A stretch of 45,725 nt of DNA from Octopus bimaculoides (taxonomy: Eukaryota). The position numbers and the translations under genes were made by a program. The stretch spans positions 1,958,864 to 2,004,588 of the forward strand of contig NC_068990.1 in assembly GCF_001194135.2 (NCBI RefSeq), read 5' to 3'. The notes below the pieces were generated by a model. It saw only the letters and a program-made list of their open reading frames with translations. It ran no database searches and had not been told where the DNA came from. Positions 35,330 to 45,725 of this stretch are shown in pieces (the stretch's first letter is position 1; every line of letters starts with the position of its first letter).

Positions 35330-36690
35330 GCAAGCAAGTAACGGGTTCCGAGCAGGAACAACATGTTCACGTCATTGAGTTTATGACAAAGGAGGAGTAT
35401 CCCTATGAATGCAGGTTGGCTGAAATCCATAGAAGGCTACATGATAATTTTGTGGAGATGGCACTATTAAAAAGAGCTATTAACACGTGAATGATGTTTA
35501 AAGAAGGAGAAATCACGCCGTAGAAAACAGTTGTAGTGGTTATATATAGTGAGTACCAGGTGTTGATATGGCTGCGTGATATTATTACAAGAGTTCATAT
35601 AGAAATGAAGAATATATTCAAGAACTATATATTTACTATATGAAAATATATTTTATTTGCTCGTCGATGACGATACACAATCAAAGTGTAGAATCTAGTT
35701 GAATAAAGTAATCTACGCAAGAATGTTCAGAGATAGGAAATGTAGAAATAACAGCTAAGTGGTGTTTTTCAGTTATGTGGTGTAGAGAAATAAACAGACA
35801 TAGCAATGACGTGGGTGGCTCTAAGTCTAATCGACTAAGAAGCAAAAAGATGGGTTAGCAAGCTGTTTTTATTAATGGAACACTAGACATTCTAGAAACT
35901 TCCAAGAGAAATGCTAAGCCTTTTGAATAATTACGAATCACGTCTCATGACACAGATGCTTCGAGAAACTTAGAAAAGTGGGTTACTCTATAATCGTTCT
36001 TGCCAGGGAGATCATTCGACTATCTAGCTACTGCTACACAGTAAACTACTGACACGAATTGCCAGCAATTGAACGAATTGATTCGGGCGAACAGATGAGT
36101 GACAAAACGTGAACTTGCTGCACAACTGAACTACTTACACAATGCATAACAGAAGACTGGAAAATGGAAAATTTCAGTGTGTAAAAAGCTCAACTTGGCA
36201 GTTAATAACCGAGTTGAAAGAGTGGAGAACAAAAGTGTACTGTGATCTGCCGGAAGGCTTTGAAGCCTACAAAGACATTTTCCCAGTCTGGTGACAAAGT
36301 ATGAAACGTGGACGTATGTTTATGATCCGGAAGCAAAGGCATTATTCGTAGAATGGAATCACACTCTCAGGCCTGTGAAATTTCGGAGCCAGCGATCGGC
36401 ACAGTGAGTCAGTGTGATTGTTTTCTTATTGTTGAGATGACTAGGGATTCTGCTGCTTGATTTTTTGGAACATGAAAAATACATTGAGTCTCTATAAAAG
36501 CTTAGAGAAGCCATTAGGGAACTGAATAAGAGTATGAGAAAAATCCACATTTACTAGGACAAGGTATGGCCACACACATCTTTGCCAACACATCATGAAA
36601 TCAGCATACTGAGCTGGTCACTTGACCCCGTCTTCAGTATAGCCCAGATCTGTTATCCTCTGGCATCCACCTGTTCATTCGAACGACAGA
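35330..36690 (+). mobile_element. Fragmented mariner relic (N-terminus about 35350-35520, remainder about 35960-36690)
   Basis: QHVHVIEFMTKEE...AEIHRRL, FKEGE, LNELIRANR*VTKRELAAQL, LVTKYETWTYVYDPEAK at 36288, GILLLDFLE, DKVWPHT and YSPDL at 36638. Confidence 0.8.
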
Positions 36691-37004
36691 CAGTTATCGG
36701 AGCCAATGTTTTGATGACACAAAGTGAAACGAAATAAGCACAGTTGTAGAAGTGCTATTTTGTCGTATAAAATGTTATCTCTTGCCAATCATTTTGCAAT
36801 TTCTTTTAATTCTAAGAAAGAAAACTAGCATGTAGCATGACACATAATGAACATAACCATATAGGATTATTCCTTCTGGTGCGCTACAGGACAACATATC
36901 ATTTACTGATGGTATATTAGCCTCGTGAATCTTTCAAAACGCATTTAGCTCAATAATTAGATGTTTGGAAAGTCAAATAAGATATGGTGTGCCATAAAAC
37001 AAAT

Positions 37005-37172
37005 ATTTGTTTCAAATTTTGGCATAAGACCAACAGTTTTGGGGGGAAGGGGGAAGTCGATTACGTCGACCCCTGTGCTTAACTGGTACTTATTTAAATT
37101 ACCGTAAAGACGGAAGAAGTGCTGCTATGCATTTAGACCGGCGTGGTAACGATTCAACCAGCTGGCCGCGCC
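37005..37172 (-). mobile_element. SINE family A copy with an internal deletion of roughly 55 bp
   Basis: Tail as in copy 5. ctggtacttatt is joined almost directly to cgtaaagacgg, skipping the atcgacccc...gaactcag segment. Confidence 0.8.
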
Positions 37173-37633
37173 ATAAAATATTACGACTGTTAAACTGGGT
37201 TACAAAACCATTTCATTTTTACAGTAGGTAAATTGAACTGGTTCTATAGAGAATGCTGCCACAATTATCATCAATAGTATTCTTGAAATAAAATGTTTCG
37301 TAGAGTACGCATTCGTTCATAATAGTTTCTTAAATCACGCTCCTATCATTTAGTAAGAGGAACAGCTATAATAGATATTCTATCTTATGGAAGGCAATTT
37401 CTGAGGTATGTACTTGACACAGACAAATCAAGGATGACTAAATATGTAACTACACATGTGTTGATGATGATTTTTTCTCTTCTTTGGACTGTTCCTTTTC
37501 CCTCTTTTCTTTCCCACGAGGAACTATGTTCGAAAAGTCAAAGACATTCTCTTTTTACTGAGCGTCAAACTTAATATATTCCATGTACACGACCTCTTGT
37601 TTGTTGTTATGTTTAATGTTCATTTATGTGATT

Positions 37634-37682
<49 letters not shown>

Positions 37683-38343
37683 TGTGCGTGTCGTGTTTTA
37701 TACAATGTATATATTTGTTTTATTAAATTGTGTGTGTTTATATTCATGCATTAATATACATAATGCATATTCATTTATATGTGTTGGTTTATATTTTCAG
37801 ATAAATTTCGTTGGCGTAACAGTCGAAGTCAACATGCCATATATACATTTCAACTCTCTTCAGCATACTTTCTCTCCTATGGCAATTGGAACCGAATTTC
37901 AACCTAAACAGGTATGATCGTATTTAATATATATCTCAGATTAAACCTGTTGTTGCTCCTTCATAATTACTCTGCATAATGAAGCACAAGATCCATACCA
38001 GTCATTTTAAGAGGAGAAAGAGAGATTTACAACTTGGATATTATTCTCTTCGATATAGTAAACATTCTTTATTGTTTCTGCTCTCTCAGACCCGGTTCGG
38101 GGCAAAACAGTTAAGAGGTATTTCAGTACATATACATGCTTGCTGTGTATCAACAATCTGTATCTGTTTCAAAACCGTCTAGAATGAATGACAATCGTTT
38201 ATCTAGAAAAGCAAAATATTTACCAAAATTAATTTTGTTTGTGCTAAGAGAACAATAAGATGTGCTTACATAGTAAACATCATAAACTATCGGTGTGTGT
38301 GTGTGTGTGTGTAATATTTTTACGGTAAACATAAAAAAGGTTT

Positions 38344-38603
38344 TGATTGGTTGTTGTTTTGATGATGTCTTGTTTTTCTCGAGGGTGTTTTGGTCAAAAT
38401 ATTTTTGTTTCGGCAAAGTCCATCGTTATGGGTGGTTGGCTTCCTGATGACGTCATTTGAATGTCAAATATTTTCTTTCTTTGTTGACCACAGTAAGGGT
38501 ACACATTCTGATTGGTTTTAAGCTTAATGATATCATTTGTTTTGATCAAAATATTTTTGTTTGGCAAAGTTCAGCGTTCTGGTTGGTTGACTTCCTTGGT
38601 GAG
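38344..38603. repeat. Two-unit diverged tandem duplication, period about 152 bp
   Basis: ggtcaaaatatttttgtttcggcaaagtccatcgttatgggtggttggcttcct at 38392 versus gatcaaaatatttttgtttggcaaagttcagcgttctggttggttgacttcct at 38544. Confidence 0.85.
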
Positions 38604-38769
38604 GACTTGGCAGCTTGTTTTTTGCCTGATGGTCATTTAGTAATCCGACTGGTTCCATCCATTACGAAGTCACTGGTTCGGTCGGCTCGATGCTTGTTTG
38701 TTTATTTCCTGAGAGGTCAGTTTTCACCTGAGAAAAGTCTAATTGGTTTAGACTAAGGTGACGTCAAAT

Positions 38770-38988
38770 AAAGTGGCTGAGCGCTCCACAGACATGCCTA
38801 CCTTTAACGTAGTGCTAAGGGAGTTTCAGCGTGACAAAGTTGGTCCTTTGAATTACAACATGTGAGTAACCTGGAGCAACGTGAAATAAAGAGTCTTGCT
38901 CAAGGATACAACGCACCACAAGATGTCGAGGTCACGACCTTGCGATCGTCAGCCGATTACGCTAGCCATTAAGTCACACGCGGTTCGG
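38770..38988 (-). mobile_element. SINE family C copy with tRNA-like head
   Basis: Reverse complement reads gcgtgtgacttaatggctagcg...ggtcgtgacctcgac...gttgtatccttgagcaagactctttatttcacgttgctccag. Confidence 0.8.
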
Positions 38989-39839
38989 TAAAAGAGGCCC
39001 ATAAAAAGTACCAGAAATAAAAAAAAGCAAGAACTGGTTTCGATTTGGTCGATTAAAATTCTTCAAGGAGATCATATAGAAAAATGACGTACTCGTTTAT
39101 CCCCTGCTTTTGTGTAAGCACATTGAAAACACAAGGGTGCGTATGATATTTTACTCTTCCCCGTACACACACAGAGATACATATACATATATATTTAAAT
39201 TCATATATATATATATATATANNNNNNNNNNNNNNNNNNNNNNNNNNNNNNNNNNNNNNNNNNNNNNNNNNNNNNNNNNNNNNNNNNNNNNNNNNNNNNN
39301 NNNNNNNNNNNNNNNNNNNNNNNNNNNNNNNNNNNNNNNNNNNNNNNNNNNNNNNNNNNNNNNNNNNNNNNNNNNNNNNNNNNNNNNNNNNNNNNNNNNN
39401 NNNNNNNNNNNNNNNNNNNNNNNNNNNNNNNNNNNNNNNNNNNNNNNNNNNNNNNNNNNNNNNNNNNNNNNNNNNNNNNNNNNNNNNNNNNNNNNNNNNN
39501 NNNNNNNNNNNNNNNNNNNNNNNNNNNNNNNNNNNNNNNNNNNNNNNNNNNNNNNNNNNNNNNNNNNNNNNNNNNNNNNNNNNNNNNNNNNNNNNNNNNN
39601 NNNNNNNNNNNNNNNNNNNNNNNNNNNNNNNNNNNNNNNNNNNNNNNNNNNNNNNNNNNNNNNNNNNNNNNNNNNNNNNNNNNNNNNNNNNNNNNNNNNN
39701 NNNNNNNNNNNNNNNNNNNNNNNNNNNNNNNNNNNNNNNNNNNNNNNNNNNNNNNNNNNNNNNNNNNNNNNNNNNNNNNNNNNNNNNNNNNNNNNNNNNN
39801 NNNNNNNNNNNNNNNNNNNNNNNNNNNNNNNNNNNNNNN

Positions 39840-40963
39840 GCCAACACCCACTACGCGGAGGGTTGGGCATGCCGTGGCTAATGATGCGCAGACATGTACT
39901 GAGGCTGTGGCATCTCCAGGTATTCTGCCTAAACGGTGAACAGGTGTGGTCGCCGATTGTCAAACAGGCGTTTCCCTAGCACGTCTTCTTGACTGAGCTG
40001 CAGTCCTGGGTCAAGAAGGGACCGAGGCAGGGTAACTGGCATCCGGAATATTGCCAGGTACTCACTGTCCTCTACCAGTTGGGCAATGCGATCAGTTGAA
40101 CATTAATTCTCGAGTTCTATAGAGGGTTAGTGGAGGGAAAGTGCGATGACACTCTGGGAGAGACGCTAGGCATCGATGAGGTCGTACTGATCAGTCTGTT
40201 CAGGACTTTCGAGCCGGGGACGGTAACTTCCAGAAATTCTCTAGCTTGGCAGTGCTGCCGGAGGTGCACTGCCGACTCGAGATAGACTCTACAGGTACGG
40301 AAGTGCTGTCAGAAGGACCTGCCCGAGATGCACGTAGAACGACGAAACTGTTTTGTACGCACTTGTGCAGTGTCCTTGCATTACTGACCCGTGGAGTTAT
40401 TTTGTCGGACGGATCCGGCTATAGGCCGAGTCCATAGTGAAGATCTATCCGCCGCCATCTATTGATCCGGAAGGGCAGACAATTTTCCTCTGTGTGATAG
40501 TAGTAGCGAAAGCGGTTGTATGGTGGAGCAGGTTGAAAGGATTGAAGACAGTCACTTTTCGGCCAATCCCTCATCAGCTTATTCAAATTTCACTTGGAAA
40601 GCCAGATAAGGATGGAGAGAGAAGTGCTGCCTTCCAGTACATTTGCTAAAATGCGGGTGAATGTAGCGAAAATGGCCCATGTGTGTGGACCTACACCAAT
40701 AATGCGCCCGTAGGCTAGTGAATTTGAGAGGAAAAAGGGTGCCCTTCCCGGATGACCTCGAAGCGTCGAGTGGTTCAGGATTAGTGGGTTACCTGAGCCA
40801 ACTCCAGGTGCTTACCTACCTTTTGGGGAACTCTCATTGTTATATTCTTCTTATTGGATATTATTGCTATTGTTTTAACTGTGTACTCGTTTTGTGTAAA
40901 ATCCCCAATGTCCACGTCTACTGTATTGCCCCGTATATGTCGGCCCTGGTGGCCAATAAATGA
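39840..40963 (+). mobile_element. 3' end of an L1/Tx1-clade LINE: disrupted ORF2 C-terminus, 3'UTR, AATAAA and (AAT)n tail
   Basis: GC-richer block. Motifs HPLRGGLGMPWL (post-RT), SLAWQCCR/GALPTRDRL and the zinc-knuckle TCPRCT*NDETVLYALVQCP. AATAAA at 40955-40960. The 5' part is lost in the gap 39222-39839. Confidence 0.85.
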
Positions 40964-41110
<147 letters not shown>

Positions 41111-41828
41111 CGATGCATGTATATTTGTGAATGTGTTTGTACGAATTTCTTTTTATGTCTATATGCATGAATAAGATAAATATTGATTGAAGTATCCTCC
41201 ATACCTTTAAGTAGTGTATCGCATTCCTTTTAGTTGCATAAGGTAAAGGCGACGGTAATACAAGTTTCATCTGGGTTTCCTAATTTATGTAATAATATAT
41301 GTATCGTCCATTTACATTTTGCTAAACGAACATCAATTTCGTTGTGCTTAGTCACGTTTGTTGTATAAATGATACAATAATGTTTACAATAATTTTGAAA
41401 TGCCTGATATCTACAGCAAAAAGCACATTAGTTGCCATCATTTCAGTTCAATGATATTTTCAAAAGAAATAACGAAGAAAAGGAAATAAATATTGACAAT
41501 TGGCAAAGCATGCCATTGAACAGGGTCTTATAAATGGTAGATTAAAACTGATCTCGTGGCTCCTAAATTCAATTACGGTAACGATATGAAAATATTAGAA
41601 CGTTGTAAGAGGAGAAACACTCGCTATAACTACCTCGCTATCTACTTTATTCATCTGTAAAAGCAAACGGGATGCAATGTCTTTACGGATAATTGGACTG
41701 TCGACGAGAATACAAAGCATAGCCGTTTATATTTAACCACGGAACACATTTCTCTCCCGTGTTCAGATTTTTTGTTAGAGTCTCTTAATACCAATTCCAA
41801 TGGCGCCGGTATAAAAATAAACACACGA

Positions 41829-41881
<53 letters not shown>

Positions 41882-43573
41882 CATATGCATATGCATGCTT
41901 ACAAATGCACACGTGATGGTGGTATCTGTTTGCTTTGTCCAACTTGACAATGTATTATAAGTTTATGTTATAAAGATTTTAACGATTTGTATTATAATTT
42001 ATCTCTATATTCTGGAGTTTGTTTCAGTCATAGGCGGAGAGTTATTTCGGTGTGATACCGGACTTCACAGAAGGATGTCAGAGCAACTTGGCTGCTGAAG
42101 TCTGAGTGGTTACAAAATACTTTTGATACACATGCCATACAAGATGGATTAGATGTTTTCGGTTTATCTAGTAAAACGTTTCTAAGTCTTAACTTGATAG
42201 CCTGCGTCGTCCACTGGCGCTCTCGTGTAAATAGTAACATAGTCGTCCGGTATATGATAATTACGATTTGCCTTCCAGAGATGCTTTACTTAACTTTACT
42301 CTATTCTGAATCGTTCTTATATACGGACACACAGATGCACACAGAGGAACACACACACACACATATATTGAATAAAAGTTTAACTTTTACTCAGTATGTG
42401 CGTGTTCCTTCTGTTTTGTGGCTGGGAAAAGTCATTCATCTCCTCAGACATTCCAGATCAGGGTAGAGAAAAAGATGACGGATGTATTACAGAGAAAAGT
42501 TAACTTCCATTGGTTAGTTCGGGCTGCATTGCTATAATGATTACTTAGGGACAGCAGTTGCTCTGTAGAAGCATATATGTCTTAAAGAAGGCAGGATATT
42601 ATATATTAGGTCATTTGTGGGTGCGCAAGTGTTACTGTGCTCTCAGTGTCTTCAAAAGAGGAGAGACAAGGTGGAGGAGAGAATATTGGTTCAATGCCTA
42701 ATCTTTTTTCAATCATTATGGCAAGTACGTGAAACAACAACTCTGCTCTTGTTTCGTGATTATTATGCCTCTTCAGTGAAACCTACATATGTCACCGAAC
42801 TTGTTGAATTAGCGATGAGGCAATCATTAAGTAGCGTTACACTTTAGCAACGAAAGTAGACGTAGAAAGGGAATTTAGAAAATATGTTTTGTTCTATATG
42901 TACACGCATACATGCACATACAAAACTCAGTCATACACTCACGAAGCACCCATACAGACATACACGCACACAGACACACACGCACACACAAACACACCCA
43001 CGCGCGCACACAAACACACACACGTAATTTTATGGTACCAGGTCAGTCTTGACTCATCAAACTTATAATCGAAGATGGTCCCTTCCTAACTAATCTGACT
43101 TGCTTCCGTCCTTTGTATGAAATCTTAGCATCAGAAGACCTCTCTCCGAGCATCTATATTATCAAATGCATCCTAACTACGACCATCCAATCTTATTTTC
43201 AGGCATAATAGTACATCCAGGTTATACAGTATGTCTTCTTTTCAAATGTTAGGTTATAGCTTCAATGATATATGTTTGTCCCTTCTAGCAGACTGGGCAA
43301 TGGAATAAAGGGTCCCTCATTGGCACACCACACACAGTGTACTCAATATGTCGTTGTTTTTCTTAGACGATAAAGGTGGGTTTTTAAAGAAATGTGATTG
43401 AAATTCCTTGCATATCGGACGATCACAAACACGCTCGCTTGTTGGTTCGAGTGTAACAAGCCTACTAATGAAATTGGACCACTATTTTATAGCTGACTGG
43501 GTGAATGTCATTCCTGCTTACACTACATATTACATGCAATTTCTTTCTCTTCCTCCATCCCCCTCTCTCTCAC

Positions 43574-43630
<57 letters not shown>

Positions 43631-44199
43631 AAATGAATGCACGTTCAGTAATAGGTATACACGATGTCAAACCACATCAAAAACTGTACGTTTCGTACAA
43701 TACACCTTACATGAAGTTTGCTTTGATCGTTAGCAGTTGGTGTTTCGTATTTCTGTTTCTAAGAATCTTAATTATTGCACTTGCTTTCACCGAACGCCAT
43801 TTGCAGCTATGACAACGTATGTTGTATTCAAGCGAAGAATTACGTTGAAATGATTATTGGAAGGGTTATATTGGATTATATTAACTGGCAAAGCATTTAT
43901 ATATCTCTCATTAGTTATGCGACTGACGCTGAGTATAAATGTATGTTGGAATTTTGGGGGATTTTGATTTTAACCAACGTGTCAAGTATTGACACAGGAG
44001 AGTTTTAAAACTTGTAATCAAGAGGGACGGTAGTGTCAACGTCCCTTTACAAGACCTTTGAGAAACATAAGACAGAAAAAGAAATTTATTCCAAAATCGG
44101 GGACGTGATTCGATTGCTTGCAAAAAAGGTGTTCGACCAAAGGCATCCAAGTTGCCGAGTAGGAGACGATGGGTTGTGTCTACCAGCCAAGTTGGGCAT

Positions 44200-44400
44200 A
44201 GTGTAATCTGTGGCTGGAGCAAATACCACAAGGCATCTGATCTGATGTTTCAACAGTTCCATCTGTCAACCTCTCTGGATTGGTATCTTTTTATCGACCC
44301 TGAGGAGAAGGAAGATACTGTTGACCCCGACGGAATTTGAACTCAGTGCGCAATAAGTCAGCTGAGACATTTCATCCAATGCGCTGACAACGCTGCCAAA
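44200..44400 (-). mobile_element. SINE family A-related copy with a different tail
   Basis: ggtatctttttatcgaccctgagg...gaccccgacggaatttgaactcag...gcgctgacaacgctgcc. Confidence 0.65.
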
Positions 44401-45129
44401 AAGAAAAACAAAAAAAAACAACTAAAAAACGAGGAAAGGAAAAAGGTTTTGGATGGCCTGACCTACATAAGAAGAGCAGCGCTCATGGCTTTCTTTCTGC
44501 AAAGTACAGAGAAATGAAGACAATGTTTAATGTGTTACTGCGGCAGGAAACAAACACCAATATATTGAGTTATTTTCTTAATCAATCTCTGCACTAAATG
44601 CTTGCGACATGGTGTGGACTTCGCTAAAGGCACCGAAGGGCCGGGGGATAGTGTTAATGCTGGCAATACATATTTGATGTTCTAGCAAAAACCTTCATAT
44701 TTAGCTGGCGCCAGATAATGTCTGTCTATTTACGCGACTAGTACGAAGTGAAGACAATTTCATCATTCTATACGGAAGAAAATAATTTCCATGCTTCCAA
44801 ACAGCAGCATGAATCTTGGAAGTATATGATTTCGAAATAATCTTCTTACCCATACGGCCATTCGTGCACACCGAACAATTTGAAAAATACTTTCATCAGT
44901 ATTTAATATACGCTATCTAAAAATGCAGACATATAATATGCTTCCTTCTTCAAACAATGTTTCTTTTAAGCCTCACCTACCCGCATAAAACCGCTAATAA
45001 AATCAATAATCGATACCATGTAGTAGTGTTGGCTGCAGTGAAATTCCCTAAAATGTGATAAAAATGTAACACTAAAAGACGATTTCTAATATTTTTTTCT
45101 AATTAAGAAGTTTGTATGTTAGTATATAT

Positions 45130-45167
<38 letters not shown>

Positions 45168-45317
45168 TTTGATACAATCTAAAAAATTCAATAGCAAACT
45201 TTTATTGATAATATGTACTTTAAATTATTCTATTGAAAACCATCCTTCTGTAAGGGATACATTAAAAGTGCTTAAACTTTCGACTTCTAGTGAACTTTTA
45301 TATATATATTTACGCGT

Positions 45318-45372
45318 GGTGCACCAGCATGACCGCGGCCACTTGGCTGAAACACATAAATAAATAAATAAA
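45318..45372 (+). mobile_element. 3' tail fragment of SINE family D with (TAAA)n
   Basis: gtgcaccagcatgaccgcggccacttggctgaaacacataaataaata. Confidence 0.55.
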
Positions 45373-45497
45373 ATATATATGTATATNNNNNNNNNNNNNN
45401 NNNNNNNNNNNNNNNNNNNNNNNNNCCATCCCTTTATATATGTTTTTGTGTGCGTGCGTGCATTGTGATATATGTATGTGTTTATGTATTCATATGT

Positions 45498-45531
<34 letters not shown>

Positions 45532-45547
45532 TGTATATATATATATT

Positions 45548-45725
45548 TCTCTCCTCACTCTTTCTCTCTTCTCTCCTCTCTCTTACTCTCTCTCACTCTT
45601 TCTCTCCTCTCTCTTACTCTCTCTCACTCTCTTCTCTCGTACTCCCCCCTCTCTCACTCTTACTCTCTACACTCTTACTCTCCTACTCTTTCACTCCTCT
45701 TTCTCTCCTCTCTCTTACTCTCTCA
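45548..45725. repeat. Polypyrimidine tandem repeat (ctctcactctttctctcctctctcttact-like unit of about 30 bp)
   Basis: Read directly. Runs off the end of the window. Confidence 0.85.

Noticed and set aside
42056-42466. Stop-free frame of about 137 codons, and neighbouring short ORFs
   Set aside because: No recognisable motifs or splice signals, and it runs into a CA repeat.

Overview
Eukaryotic, very AT-rich, microsatellite-dense genomic DNA from a gapped assembly (11 N-runs, most beside simple repeats). The SINE families look like those I recognise from octopus or other cephalopod genomes; this is inference and no search was run. There is no long intact protein-coding ORF: almost all entries in the ORF track are microsatellite or N-run artefacts. 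The window is mainly a repeat landscape. It holds about 15 tRNA-derived SINE copies from three families, about 8 copies of a second retroposon family with a (CAA)n tail, six decayed Tc1/mariner relics, the 3' end of an L1/Tx1-clade LINE, and many simple repeats. Structure not explained by these repeats: (i) a candidate 24-nt microexon at 30222-30245 with phase-compatible flanking exons, suggesting the 3' end of an unidentified + strand host gene; (ii) a 148-bp near-perfect palindrome at 1501-1648; (iii) an array of about 26 near-palindromic 26-bp units at 16565-17370; (iv) three head-to-tail triplet stacks of retroposons, one with an apparent 20-bp target-site duplication; (v) two inverted mariner copies whose TIRs bracket 6.8 kb like a composite transposon. 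I cannot support a novel protein-coding system. No CRISPR array, rRNA or intact tRNA gene is present.
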